64,000 nucleotides of DNA from Epithemia pelagica (lineage: Eukaryota; Protista; Bacillariophyta): the NCBI GenBank assembly GCA_946965045.2, contig OX337233.1, positions 2,046,001 through 2,110,000 on the forward strand, written 5' to 3'. Below the pieces are notes generated by a model. The model was given only the letters and a program-made list of their open reading frames with translations. It did no database searches and was not told the origin of the DNA. Positions within the stretch are counted from its first letter, which is position 1; every line of letters starts with the position of its first letter. Positions 48,496 through 60,814 of this stretch are shown one piece after another. The position numbers and the translations under genes were made by a program.

Positions 48496-49539
48496 ATGCG
48501 TATTACAGCAGAATTGTTGCAACAGGGTGCCGAACAACGGACCAATCCACTGAACGAACGTGAAATGGTATTGCGGGGTCATGGCATTGGCGTGTTGGAA
48601 AATTTGGGTGCCTTGGCGGCCAACACTTCGTCGTCGTCATCATCCTCCTCCTCCAGCGATGGCTCTTTGGATGCCTTGGACTTGTCCAACAACCGTTTGA
48701 CAGCCTTGGGTAATTTCCCCAGACTCCCTCGTTTGACTGCCTTGTATGCCTCACACAATCCCATGGGTGGTGGCGATGCCGCCGCCGCCACCAGTGCTTG
48801 TCTGGCCGTGTCTAATTTGGCACGCAATCTCCCTCATGTTACCACCTTGACCTTGTGCTACAATCGCATCTCATCCTTGGCTACGATCGTGCAATTGGCG
48901 CAAGCCTTTCCCAACTTGACCTTTCTGTCGCTCCGGGGCAATCCAGTCACGCATCAACCACACTATCGGCTCTGTGTGATTTGGCACTTTTTGCAAGAGC
49001 CACCCAACACTTCCAAGAATGGGAATCACCACCGTACCACGTCAACAAAAAATTCTGTTGGTTTGACTGTCTTGGATTATCAACGGATTCGTCCCCACGA
49101 ACAACAACAAGCCCGAAAATGGGCGACAAGTACGGTCGGTGCCACAGTCCTGGCGCAAATCGCGTCCGTATTGTCGTCCACCAAACCAAACAACAGCAAC
49201 AACAACCAAAATGAGGACACGGTGAAAACCTTTGTACCAGGTCAAGGATTGGACGAAGAACGACAATCCACGGCTCCCCAAAACACCATTGCTAATTGGA
49301 CACCCGACCAAAAGGCTATTTTCAAACAATTGTTAGAAACCGCCAAGAGTGAAGCCGAAATGCAAACAATTCAACGTTCCATTCTCGAACAAGGCATGGC
49401 ACCGGAAGCCTACCTAGCAAAACAACAACAAACTACGGATGCCTTGAAACGTCCCATTCCCAAGGAGGAGGAGGAGGAGGAAGAAGACCAAGGGAATCCC
49501 AAACGAACCAAACTCAACGAACAGGACGTGGCGAAATGA
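48496..49539 (+). CDS. SNRPA1: U2 snRNP protein A' (LRR plus LRRcap)
   Basis: MRITAELL...NPLNEREMVLRG, DLSNNRL..LGNFPRLPRL, HYRL.VI, LDYQRI. Confidence 0.9.
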   Translation: MRITAELLQQGAEQRTNPLNEREMVLRGHGIGVLENLGALAANTSSSSSSSSSSDGSLDALDLSNNRLTALGNFPRLPRLTALYASHNPMGGGDAAAATSACLAVSNLARNLPHVTTLTLCYNRISSLATIVQLAQAFPNLTFLSLRGNPVTHQPHYRLCVIWHFLQEPPNTSKNGNHHRTTSTKNSVGLTVLDYQRIRPHEQQQARKWATSTVGATVLAQIASVLSSTKPNNSNNNQNEDTVKTFVPGQGLDEERQSTAPQNTIANWTPDQKAIFKQLLETAKSEAEMQTIQRSILEQGMAPEAYLAKQQQTTDALKRPIPKEEEEEEEDQGNPKRTKLNEQDVAK

Positions 49540-50327
49540 GGATTTGTGTATGCCTACGAAAAGACCCTCTCCGATCAATTCAGTTTGACTATCTCGTGCC
49601 CTGGATGCTGCGACAGGGGACTGTTTTGTTTTCCGCGCGCATATCTCGAACAAACAAAACAGAAGGGCATATCGTGGTGTGAGAGCAATGAAAATGACGC
49701 CAGTTGAGAACACACCAATCATGGCATCACTTTCCCGTCTACTGTATACTGCTTTGGATGGTATATCCGCTTTCCTACTTTTTAAATGGGCCTGGCACTG
49801 CCTGACTATTATCCCTAAGCAAATGTCTTTTCCATTGTATTTGATCTTGAATGTTTCACAAATTCATTCATCACTGTCTATAGGTCAAACCCACTCGCTC
49901 ACGTTTTCATTGCATTAGAAAAAGTCAACGATGCGCCAGTCTATTGGCAACCATCCAACTGTATCTGGTCTGGTGCACCTCGGGCGTTTGATCGGTTCTC
50001 AATGACAAGGTAAACAGACACACATGGAACTGTCGAGTGTTGTCACGCAAGGAGAAAAAAAGAGACAAGATCCATAGCAGAAAGAGAGAAAATTGTCATT
50101 GTTCAATACCTCCGACGAACAAAGAGATTTCGCCAAAACGTCCCACTGTCACGATGCCCTCATCTCCTCGTCCCTATCAGCGGTGACTGCCAGGATGACT
50201 CAACCATAAGTTGTTCATGTTCGTTTTCACGACTCTCATGAACACATATGGGACGGCAGCTCCCATCGACACACATGTGCAAGAGAGGCTTGGGACAGAA
50301 TCCTGTTTCGTATAGAGTTTCATTTTG

Positions 50328-51059
50328 TCATGTGGGGGTGGTGGTGGAGGACGAAGCAGCCGTGGACGACGATGGTGGTTGCAAGGACGGTGCTCCGGTT
50401 GTGCACGGAGGTGGTGGGCCCAAGAGAAATTCGGCCACGGCCAATTTGTTGCTCCCATCTTCTCGTCGTCGAATCAAACAGGAGTTGCGACGTCGAACAC
50501 TTCGTTTGGGATTGCTATCCTCCAGGGGTTCATTTGATTCGCCGGCTGTCGTTGTTGCAGTTTGTGTTGTGGTGGTGGTGGAGGGGGTAGCACCTTCGGG
50601 TTGCAAGGGAGCCGTTCCTGGAGGCTCCTTGTCTGCAGGTTGAGAATGATAAAGAGTCATGGACGAGCGTTTGCGTTTCATTCTAGACTTTCCCTCGCTG
50701 GTTGCTTCCAGCGGTGGTGCTTCATCATTTGATGGTTGGCTCGAATGTCGGTATGCTGGACTGATTGCTTCTTCTTGTTCTGCTGGTTGTTGTTGTTGTT
50801 GCTGCTGCAGCAGCTCGGATGAATGGCTCTGTACCAGCGATTGTCGCATTGACCGTCGTGCTTCGGAAGAGGACCGACGCACCGTGACACTTCCACCACC
50901 TCTTCCATTGTCGGCTTCGCCATAGCCATAATCGGTGGCATCATCGTATTCATAATACGATGGTTGTACGGTCGACGGGGTTCGCGCAGCGTCGTCATGA
51001 TCCGCCTCTGCCACGGGAGGTGGCTTTTTCTCGGCCTCGTCTTGATCGTCGTCTCCCAT
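50328..51059 (-). CDS. Hypothetical low-complexity protein
   Basis: 243-codon ORF with acidic, Gln and Ser tracts and RRRNSC. No domain recognised. Confidence 0.45.
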   Translation of the reverse strand: MGDDDQDEAEKKPPPVAEADHDDAARTPSTVQPSYYEYDDATDYGYGEADNGRGGGSVTVRRSSSEARRSMRQSLVQSHSSELLQQQQQQQPAEQEEAISPAYRHSSQPSNDEAPPLEATSEGKSRMKRKRSSMTLYHSQPADKEPPGTAPLQPEGATPSTTTTTQTATTTAGESNEPLEDSNPKRSVRRRNSCLIRRREDGSNKLAVAEFLLGPPPPCTTGAPSLQPPSSSTAASSSTTTPT

Positions 51060-51823
51060 GACCAAAACGCTTTTCTTGCGGACGATTGTACCACGTTTGG
51101 TTTCGGTTCAGAACGCTCTTTTGGCTTTCGAGTGGATTGTGATGAGACTGAAATTGTTGTTGCAAAACGACTTTTGCTTCGTCCCGACGTAACAATCGAA
51201 ACCTTGGAAGCAAATTTCGTGAATAAAGGGGCCTGTTTCTGTTTTTCTCAACACCTCTGGTTCATTCTCTTGGTTCTGCTCTTTATTTGGGTACTCCAGA
51301 CAATCTATACTGTTGATGTGTCAATCGACGGCCTGTCGAATTTTGATCTTGTTGCGTGTTGCCTTGAGTGCGGTCTTGGTTCGAGCTATTCACGGCAGCT
51401 AGAGCGAGTACTTGTTGCTGGTTTGTTACTTCTTCTCTTGTTCTTGAAAACGAAAAGACGAGGGGCGACGATGACGACTTGACGAGAGAGTACACAAACC
51501 GTCGCCACAAGCCACAAAGCACGCTCGCAATTTTCGTTTGTCCCTACGGTTTTGTTTCGTTTCCCCCACCATCCGGTGAAGATGCCGCCGGCACGAGGAG
51601 ATGCACGCGATTTCAGCCACGGCTCGTTTGACGGTGACTGAAACGCGATTCATCCGAGTCGCGGATCCGACGTGTCCACGCACGCACGTGGTTTCGTCTC
51701 GTCGGTGGCACATTTGGGGTGCAAAGAAAAATGATGCGAGAGCGTCGACGAGAAACGTGGATTTCTTCATTGTATTGTCGCGATCGTTTGGAAGGGTACC
51801 AGTTAAAATAAAAGCAGCACACC

Positions 51824-53005
51824 ATGAGCAAGTTAGGTTCGATTTCGTCTTTGGTATTGGTGGCACTCTGCGCCCTGCCAGAGGTGGCAGGATTTTCCGT
51901 GGGCGGTTCCTTCTTGAGTCCTTCCCAAAAGGCTGCCTTGGAAGAAACGGCAGCGGCCGTGGCTACACCGGGCAAGGGCATTACGGCCTGTGACGAAGGT
52001 CCCGGGACGATTGGCAGCCGCTTCGAAGAAGTAGGTATTACCAATTCCGAAGAAACTCGCCGACAATATCGTCAAATGTTGTTCGAAGCTCCTGGGTGTG
52101 AAAACTACTTGTCGGCCGCTATCTTGGATCCCGAAACCTTGTATCAGCGATCATCTTCCTATCCCAATTACTTGTTTCCACAAGTTTTGACGGATAAGGG
52201 AATTGTTCCGGGCATCAAACCCCATTTGAAAATCTATACATTGCCAGGTACCAATGGCGATACGGTCATGCAAGGATTGGATTCCTTGGCCGTCCGATGC
52301 AAGGAGTATTACCAGGCTGGGGCCCGTTTTGCCAAATGGCGTTCACCCCTCGTCATTGACATGGCCAAGGGATGCCCGACCGACTTGGCGATTCGAGCCA
52401 ATATGCACGATTTGGCCCGATATGCCCTCATTTGTCAATCCGAAGGACTCATGCCCATTGTCGAACCCGACATTAGTTTGTCTGGTAGTCATACTCTCGA
52501 AGAAGCCGTCGACGTCAATATCCGTGTCCAATCGGAACTCTTCAAGGCCATGATTGATCATGGTGTTTACATGCCGGGTAGTACATTGAAACCCAATATT
52601 GTGAATCCGGGTAAAAAGTGCCCCGTCTCGTACACCGTCGAAGAAATTGCCCAAGCCAATGTCTATGTGTTGGAACAATCCTTCCCTGTTGCCATGAAGG
52701 GTGCCAATTTCTTGTCGGGTGGACAAACTTTGGACCAAGCGGCGGCCCGTCTCAGTGCCATGAATCGAGCTAACACCAAGGGACCCTGGAATTTGAGTTT
52801 TAGTTGGAGTCAAGCCTTGCAATTGCCCCTTTTGGATTTGTGTCGGGGAACAGGACAGTTGCAATTGGACGCCATGAGTCGTTTGTACGTGGAAGAATTG
52901 CAAGTGGCCAGTGCCGCCGCCAAGGGAGAATACCAATGGAGTCCCGGACAAGGAAATCATGTCGCCGCCGAGGCCGCACAACCACAACCGGCCATGATGT
53001 ACTAA
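51824..53005 (+). CDS. Class I fructose-bisphosphate aldolase, plastid-targeted
   Basis: Signal peptide plus AG-F transit start; GKGITACDE, GIKP, FAKWR, PIVEPD, Schiff-base LKPN, FLSGGQ, and a terminal Tyr. Confidence 0.93.
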   Translation: MSKLGSISSLVLVALCALPEVAGFSVGGSFLSPSQKAALEETAAAVATPGKGITACDEGPGTIGSRFEEVGITNSEETRRQYRQMLFEAPGCENYLSAAILDPETLYQRSSSYPNYLFPQVLTDKGIVPGIKPHLKIYTLPGTNGDTVMQGLDSLAVRCKEYYQAGARFAKWRSPLVIDMAKGCPTDLAIRANMHDLARYALICQSEGLMPIVEPDISLSGSHTLEEAVDVNIRVQSELFKAMIDHGVYMPGSTLKPNIVNPGKKCPVSYTVEEIAQANVYVLEQSFPVAMKGANFLSGGQTLDQAAARLSAMNRANTKGPWNLSFSWSQALQLPLLDLCRGTGQLQLDAMSRLYVEELQVASAAAKGEYQWSPGQGNHVAAEAAQPQPAMMY

Positions 53006-53450
53006 GCAGAAGAATGTCCTCGTAACAAATAAACACAAATCTTTTGTAGTAAAGCTTCTAGAATAAATCTAGTCTCATTTCTTGGAAAAGAATTACACAC
53101 AAACAGGGAACGGATGGGTTGCAATATCCGTACTTGAATCATGTTCAAGTATGGCAAAACAGTCAACAAGGGCAATCGATGTTCACTTGTTTTACCTAGG
53201 CGTAGGGCACGTACTAATGTCGTCGCGGTTTTTACTTTTTACAACGAGTGACATTGCGTGATAATTTGCAAAGATTATGTGAATGTGCTGATGGCCCAAT
53301 CTCGAATGCATTTTCGAGTGGTTAGTTTATTTATAGCTACTGATAGTTTTGTTTTGTACATGTAATAGAACAGAGTCTTGCGCCCCACAAAAGTAGTTAA
53401 TGTGTTGGCATTCCTGTGTCGGTTGTTTGTGGTACTGTTGATGGCTGGTA

Positions 53451-54611
53451 TCAGTTCATGGACTCTAAACTGTTGGAGGAGGAGGAGGGGGAAAAGAGGG
53501 CTTTTTGGAGAGCTGGGGGAACTGGTTCTTGAATGTGAATGTACGTGTTTTTCAAACGAACGTCACGGGTAATACGCACCAAACCATCGTGGTACAAAAC
53601 TTGCAATTCTCCCACGGCATTGGGACCCAAGGTAGAATCGGAGGACGACAGATCCAACACGGACCATCTTTGAGATGGGGACGACGACAACGACGACGAT
53701 GATGATTGCATTCGGGGTGGGACTTGTTCGGGGCAGGTTCTGCCACCACCCCATCGAAATTCCAGACCACAAATTTCTACCGTATACGACGAGGGATTTG
53801 GATCCATCGTTGAAAACGACGACGACGACGACGAGGTTGGCGACAATCGGGCTTGACCCACCATGCGCAAATTGCCCAAGGCTTTCCAATACACTACATT
53901 TTCGACACGAGTACCGTCCTCGTTCAACACTTGCCATGACGGTCCACCCAGGACCATGGACGGTGGTTGCTGCGCCAAGGCTCCCCACCATGAATGGGCC
54001 GTGACGGTGCTCCAAACCAAACGAGAGGAGGATCCGGGTCGAAGGGGACGACGAAAACTACTGGAACTCTCTAGCCACTTCTTCTTCTTCTTGTGCCCAC
54101 GATCTCCTTCTTGTGGGGACCAAGTTGCGTCCAACAAGGCTGTTAAACATTCCTGGACCCGTTGTCGATTGTGCCTGGATTGAGGCAGTGCTGCAACTTG
54201 GAGCAGGGGGAGAACAAGGGGATGCAGTGGCTCTTGTGGTGGTGGTGCTTGTTGTTGTACGGATGACCGCAATGCGGTACTGAACCAGGATGGTATCTTT
54301 GTACGAGGCTCGACCAAGTCATGTTGTTGTTGTTGTCGTCGTCGTCTGGATAATGGTCCCATCTGTTGCCTATCATGTTTTTGCCCGGTGGACACGGTGG
54401 TGGTTTCGACTGGTGCTGACACAATTGGCCGTTTCAAAACCCATGATTTGGTCGGACTGGTGCTGCTACCTCCAGACACACGAAAGGCCAAGGTTGTTCT
54501 CGGAGCGAGCCAGGAAAAGGAAAGCAGGGACACCAACACTAGTGTCAACCTTGCTCGGTTCATCGGCTGACCAGTGAGCCGTGGGGAGGACAACGATCTT
54601 TGTTGTTTCAT
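53451..54611 (-). CDS. Plastid-targeted PAP/fibrillin-like protein
   Basis: Signal peptide ending LA-F, RLVWST, and C-terminal VLYHDGLVRITR resembling the fibrillin YLDxxLRITR motif. Confidence 0.6.
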   Translation of the reverse strand: MKQQRSLSSPRLTGQPMNRARLTLVLVSLLSFSWLAPRTTLAFRVSGGSSTSPTKSWVLKRPIVSAPVETTTVSTGQKHDRQQMGPLSRRRRQQQQHDLVEPRTKIPSWFSTALRSSVQQQAPPPQEPLHPLVLPLLQVAALPQSRHNRQRVQECLTALLDATWSPQEGDRGHKKKKKWLESSSSFRRPLRPGSSSRLVWSTVTAHSWWGALAQQPPSMVLGGPSWQVLNEDGTRVENVVYWKALGNLRMVGQARLSPTSSSSSSFSTMDPNPSSYTVEICGLEFRWGGGRTCPEQVPPRMQSSSSSLSSSPSQRWSVLDLSSSDSTLGPNAVGELQVLYHDGLVRITRDVRLKNTYIHIQEPVPPALQKALFSPSSSSNSLESMN

Positions 54612-55088
54612 GATAATGGTCAAGTCTATTTTGGAAACAATGATATTGTGCTTGTTACGAGGGTAAACAGTCGATAGTCGATGTCGATGCTCTTTGTCAG
54701 AAGTCCTGGTGATGAGATTGCTCTAAGCCCACCATCGACCCATCCCCACAGAGACACACGGCCGACACTACTATGCTTTCATCAGCGAATGACTCAATCT
54801 GTGTTGTCTCAGCTCATCAGATTCGAATTTTGCCGTCGTCGTCGTCGCTGTCGTTTCTGACTCATCCCTCTAGCTAAGGAGCAGGAGTAGCTACGGACTC
54901 CAGATACTCATAGTATCCATAGCTTCTTTCACGCGATCTATAAGCGACTAAGGATATCTTTTCGGGTTTCGGATCTGGGATTTCTCGCGAACCAAAGATA
55001 TCCTCTCGTCGTCGGATTGTTCCATTGATCCAGAGACCACCCACTTCATAACCAAACTGCCTTGGACAAGAGTGTTTTTTTATCTTCC

Positions 55089-56015
55089 ATGACACCGCAC
55101 ATGATGTATCGCCATGCGGTTTCCCATGCTTCGCGAAGTGGCTTTGGGAAACCTTCCATGTGGAACAACAACGCACTTCGACGATGCCACTCCATTTTGG
55201 TGACTGGTCGTGAGCATCTCGACGGTACCAGTTCTTGTGCAGTTCGTTCCAACGTGAATTCGAAAGGCGGCATCCCTTTCAACCCCTGGAATCCTCTCTC
55301 TCCATGGAAGATTGTCAATCATGATGACTCAAGAATGGATTCGGGCGTTCGTTCGTTCCATTCTACAACGACACGCAGGGATGAGGATTCCGCCAAAGAT
55401 GCCTTGGTGGATATTTTGGAACGAGAACACGAGGAAGAGAAAATGAACAATAGTACCGACATGCCACCAGTTTTGGTCGAACTCAAGGACAAGATTGCCA
55501 AAGATTGGAAAATTGTGGAAGATGATAACATGGCTACAATACGCATGGTGCGGAACGACTCGACATTGAATCTCAAGGTTCAAATTGGGTTTCATTGCCA
55601 GGATACTGTAGAAAATGAAGGCGAAGAGGAAGCCGCACAAGAGGAAGGAGAAGAGGAAGACTATGAGGAACCCTCCATGCCGATTCGCTTCACGGTCACG
55701 GCGAGCAAGGCGGGAGAAACCTTGGTCTTTAGTTGTCTTTCCGCCGAGGCCATGGCACAGATTCAAAGTGTAGCCGTTACCAGTAGCGACGATGATACAC
55801 AGTTGCTTCAAACAGGAGCGGTGCCGGCGGCGGACTATCAAGGACCCGAGTTTTTTGAATTGGCCGAAGATTTGCAAGGAACCTTTCAAGAATTTCTGGA
55901 AAAGGACTTGGGTATCAATGATGATGTGGCATCCTTTGTGGCCATGTACACCGATTTCAAGGAGCAGCAACAATACGTCAAGTTCTTGGAGCGGGCTAAA
56001 CGGGTCCTGTCGTAG
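55089..56015 (+). CDS. Mitochondrial acidic matrix protein MAM33/p32 family
   Basis: Presequence; LVDILEREHEEE, YQGPEFFELAEDLQ, GINDDVASFV, KEQQQYVKFL. Confidence 0.9.
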   Translation: MTPHMMYRHAVSHASRSGFGKPSMWNNNALRRCHSILVTGREHLDGTSSCAVRSNVNSKGGIPFNPWNPLSPWKIVNHDDSRMDSGVRSFHSTTTRRDEDSAKDALVDILEREHEEEKMNNSTDMPPVLVELKDKIAKDWKIVEDDNMATIRMVRNDSTLNLKVQIGFHCQDTVENEGEEEAAQEEGEEEDYEEPSMPIRFTVTASKAGETLVFSCLSAEAMAQIQSVAVTSSDDDTQLLQTGAVPAADYQGPEFFELAEDLQGTFQEFLEKDLGINDDVASFVAMYTDFKEQQQYVKFLERAKRVLS

Positions 56016-56664
56016 AGGACAAGCGATGACGGAATGCAGAGGATGAACGGGAACAGGCATAGTGTAATGTGTATTATGAGCAGGTGAACGCTTCGTATCC
56101 TTTCTTGAAACACCAAATCTTTTAGGAGTAGTTAAAATCTGGAGCATACATCTTCTTACTGAATATATGAAGCACTTTTCCTTCGTAAATTCCAAATCAT
56201 GCTCGTGGCAGTAGAATATCTACGGCTAGAGGTCCTCCTTCTCAACCTAACCCATTATACTCGACGAAGGAGGGGCAAAAGTTTATTCCTTTTGAATCGT
56301 ATTGGGATGGGATATGTCACCCTGCCAACTACTTATTATCTTAGGCCCAACACCCAACCAGACACGAGTGCGAGTGCTCACATCATTGAAATTGGCACAC
56401 GTTCTCAGGCTTGGCCAGCGTTATGGGGGATTTCGTGAAACAATATTTCTCGAGAGTAATTCGAAATCTATTCCTATTTTTTGCTATTTGCAATTTGCAC
56501 AAGTACGCGTATTAGGTAGGTAATCCTCTAGGAGAAGTAACGTTTTCTGAAATAGGAGTAAAAAAGTTTGGTCTCTATTCGTATGTATCGCTGTGTATGC
56601 ATAGTGCGATGATGAAATATGTGAAAGATATTGGTGAATAAAGGATAGGAGGAGGCGGTCAGGG

Positions 56665-57218
56665 TCAAGCAAGCATATTCTTGATGATTTCATTGCTGAT
56701 AGTCTCGTATACTTTGTCCCATGCATCGACATCAGTCTCTGATATGGAATCTTTGCCCAGCACCTCCTCAAATGTTTCCACAAAGGCTTGTCCCATGTAG
56801 GATAAGAATGATGGTAAAACACCCTTGGATTTGTGTTTCGCGGCGATTTGGGCCAATATTGTTTCTGCGAATTCAACATCTGGTCCCAAGATTTGGAAGA
56901 TGGAATCAAAGAGATAAACCAAGGATACAGCGTGAATAGATGTTTGTGCTTTACCAACTTCTTCGCTGATATTGTATCCAAAGACGATCTTTGTCTTGGG
57001 TTGCAGCTCAAACAGTCTGATCATAAAGGAAGTAAAGAAGCAAGGAAAATAAGAGTCTGTTTCTGATACATCGTCACAACTTCATGGTTACGGAGCACGA
57101 ATCCTTACCTTCTGAGTACTATGGATCCAAGTTCTTCGTCTTTCATCAAGCCGCGGAGTTTGTTCCAGAGCTCCAAGGCTGTCATGATTGTATCGCAATT
57201 CAGTGTCTGCATGGTCAT
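56665..57218 (-). CDS. Single-domain 3/3 globin, 2 exons (intron 57017-57108)
   Basis: W(A12), RLFELQP (B/C), F(CD1), distal IHA, proximal AKH..KGV, and AW in helix H. Confidence 0.88.
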
Positions 57219-58388
57219 GGTTTCGTCTTGTTGTGTTTTGGAGCTCGGTGTCGTCGGACCAATATGAAATTTGTGAGAGGAAGATGAATGCTTCTACCTT
57301 TTTTCTGCTGGACAAGGCAGACTTCCCCTTGACACTTGACTTGATCATCGCGACATTTTTGTCATGTCTATTCCTTTACTCCAGTGCAATGTTTTCCCTG
57401 CTTCTCATTTGTGCAATGCCAGTGGTCGGACGGTAATCCCTGCTTCTCCACTTGGGAACCTTCACCGCCCTTCGTTTGCATGTCGTAATAAAATGTTGCA
57501 TGTGTTTTGGTCGCTGATGATTTAAAGCACCCTTCGTCATCGATGCTGCCTGAACTTCTCAGACACAAAAGAAGAAAGACAATAAAAAGGCAAAAATCAG
57601 TCAAGCCTTGTGTGTATCATGAATCTTTAAGACTTCTTGTTTCCTCTAGCACAATAAGCTGAATTCAATAACCGAACTTGGTATTCGTACATATCTGACC
57701 TATATTGTTTATGGATGGACAGGATAGGTGTTCGCATTCTCGTCGATGAGAATGAGGAGTCCTCCGTTTGTGGTCTGTGGCTTGATATACTCGTTGGAGA
57801 CTCGTAGTTGATAGTGAGTGGTGTGAAGTGTGAATTGTAGATTTCGGAGTAATAAAGTGAAGAGTCATTATCCGTATGGACTATGGACTATGAACCAGCC
57901 TCTACCTCTCCTCTAGTGCCACTAGAAGAAATTCCTAATCGTAGACAAAGAGTTCAGAGGTTTTCCGAAACAGCCCAGAAAATAATACGAACAATAAGTT
58001 CCATTGTTCGTCTCGGATGGTATCCACTGGAAACGAAGTCCAGGGAGAGTGACAATGCCTGAGTGGATGTCTCTGGGACATGAAGACAAATGTGTCGGGG
58101 GATATGCAGTATCCAGTCCAAAGTCGAATGCACTATTCTGCTTACAGGCTTTGACTATTCTCTCTGTGTTTTCCACTACGACGGGTTTTTTGCAGTATCG
58201 AAGACGATTAGGTAGATGTCCATCTGTCCAACCAAAGAATCCAGTGATGTATCCTTGAATTCACAGTGACGACTAGAAACAACTACCCGTGCCCTCAAAG
58301 GGTCAGTTACCAACAGTTTCTCCTAATGTAATCTGTAAGTCACAGAGAGGCAAGGACATTTGACGACAAATTTTCGACAACAATGACT

Positions 58389-59012
58389 TTATCGGCTGTC
58401 ATGATTCAATTCTTGAGGGCCATCAGTTGGCTGGTCCTCTTCCTCTGAATGACTCAATGGAAGCTGTAATCTAGGCTTGAGAGGCGGGCGGGGCACGTAG
58501 GTCGATTCCCAAACATCTTCTTCCAAGGTACACTTGTCCGTGGTATGGGACCGTATCTTGTTCTTGATAATAAGAGAAAGAGCTGGTTTGGGAATTATGG
58601 CACCAGATTTCTTCGACACCCTCACTCTAGAGCCATCCTCCATATATTTTCGTGTAACACGTGTGGGTACGTTGAGGACAGGATCCAGTAGCATGACGCT
58701 CCAGTAGGGAATCGATCGCTCCTTCTCAATCATCTTGCCCCCTGGAATACCCCGTTCAGGATCACCCTTAAGAAACTTTTTTCCCATGTTGACACCTTCA
58801 ACGACGAGCCGATCAATCTTGCGAATTACTTCCTTGACAATTCCTTGTTTGCCACGTTCCTTGTGTGTCCCAATGACTTGTACCGTGTCACCGCGGACGA
58901 TGTTCCATCTCTTCTTTGTCTTTGCCGCTTCGACGACAGGCTTAAACTTTCTACGGACATTTTTCTGAACGATACTTATCAAACGCTGACGAGCACTGAA
59001 GGAAGGCGGCAT
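58389..59012 (-). CDS. MRPL24: Mitochondrial ribosomal protein uL24m
   Basis: WNIVRGDTVQVI...GKQGIVKEV...VVEGVN (KOW), then SVMLLDP...PTRV and RVRVSKKSGAIIPKP. Confidence 0.92.
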   Translation of the reverse strand: MPPSFSARQRLISIVQKNVRRKFKPVVEAAKTKKRWNIVRGDTVQVIGTHKERGKQGIVKEVIRKIDRLVVEGVNMGKKFLKGDPERGIPGGKMIEKERSIPYWSVMLLDPVLNVPTRVTRKYMEDGSRVRVSKKSGAIIPKPALSLIIKNKIRSHTTDKCTLEEDVWESTYVPRPPLKPRLQLPLSHSEEEDQPTDGPQELNHDSR

Positions 59013-59485
59013 CTTCTGAGTCTGGGCTTTCTCACGTTCTTCGTTAACACTTCTCGTAAAGGAGGGGAACGGTATCTTTTGTGGTCTGGGATGATCCCAT
59101 CGTTGATGGCCGCACGCCGCACCCAGGATCTTCTTGGCTGTTAGACGGGCAGCGGGCGGACGGCGAATTTCGTTTCAGAACGAAAACGCGACTGACTTAA
59201 AGTTACTACTCTCATCTTTTATGACTGCTGGGACTATAGATCTTTAAGTAAGTTGAAGTGGTTGATGTAGAGGGGAAGTGCATTTTTGAAAAAAGAGCGC
59301 GGCGGTCGGACGACCACCGATAGGCCTTATCCTTTCTGTCAAGGAAATTGGTGGGAGACTCATGCTGTGCTTGGACAGCGGCAATGGCAATGGAAAGAAC
59401 GAGTCTGAGATCTTGTTAATTGACCTGACTTTTCCGCATAGGAGAACGCATAGAGAGAAAATTGCATAAGGAAGATCGATCTATC

Positions 59486-60814
59486 ATGAGTGCACAGGTC
59501 GAGACAAGCATGGATGCTAGCAATGATACAGCCGCCCACCAACAAAGTCACAACAGCTCTGGTGCAATGGGCAGTGCCAATGATAGTGGCGTTGGATTGA
59601 CACCGGCACAATGGACCACAAATATGACTGCCAGCACTCTTACATCGGCTACTGGAAATTCCTGTTTGGATGACCAAATTGAACGGTTAAAGCGATGCGA
59701 GTACCTACGTGAGGGCGAAGTCAAGGCACTGTGCTTACGAGCACGAGAAATTCTCGTTGACGAATCGAACGTCCAACGAGTGGATGCACCCGTTACGGTA
59801 CGTTGAATGCTGAATGGAAGGATTCCTGGATTGCTGCGACGTGCCCTGGTGCGGGTGTTGGCGGCTGGCATGCTCCTACAGTCGGAGAGCTATCTCGGTG
59901 CCAGGAGCCAGGAACCAAGACTTGCATCATTGCTTGGAAATCATACCTACTCACTGATTTTATTTCTCTTATTACCTTCTCCTTTCAATCACAATAATTG
60001 GACGGCACCTTGCACTCATGGATATCTTTTCATAATTCAGATATGCGGAGACATCCACGGCCAATTCTACGATTTAGTAGAGCTCTTCAAAGTTGGAGGT
60101 GAATGCCCCGATAAGAATTACCTGTTCTTGGGTGACTTTGTTGACAGAGGATATTATTCTGTGGAAACATTTCTTCTACTCTTGGCGCTTAAGGTTAGGT
60201 ATCCTGACCGAATCACCTTAATTCGAGGAAACCATGAAAGTCGGCAGATCACACAGGTATATGGCTTTTACGATGAATGTTTACGAAAATATGGCAGCGT
60301 CAACGTATGGAGGTATTGTACCGAGATATTCGACTACCTCTCGCTTTCCGCCATTATCGAAGACAAAATATTTACCGTACACGGAGGACTATCACCTAGT
60401 ATCAACACGTTGGATCAAATTCGTGTCATTGACAGAAAACAAGAGGTACCTCACGATGGAGCCATGTGCGATTTAATGTGGAGTGACCCAGAAGAGCTGG
60501 AGGGATGGGGATTGTCACCTCGTGGGGCGGGATATTTGTTTGGGGGAGATATCGTGGCCATGTTCAATCAACGCAATGATCTGAATCTCATTGCTCGAGC
60601 ACACCAGTTGGTGATGGAAGGTCATAGAAGTATGTTCAATGATTCATTGGTCACCGTATGGAGCGCACCCAATTATTGTTATCGATGCGGTAATGTGGCT
60701 TCCATTTTGGAATTGGATGAAAATTTGGAAAAGTCATTCAAGATATTTGATGCAGCTCCGCAAGAAGCACGAGGTGTACCTATTAAAAATCCTCCGCCGG
60801 ATTACTTCTTGTAA
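59486..60814 (+). CDS. PPP4C: Ser/Thr protein phosphatase 4 catalytic subunit, 2 exons (intron 59798-60040)
   Basis: [41 protein letters not shown], terminal DYFL. Confidence 0.9.

Noticed and set aside
49679-49918. Short hydrophobic ORF (LLYTALDGISAFLLFKW) faintly like PIG-U
   Set aside because: Too short, with no flanking exons that extend the similarity.
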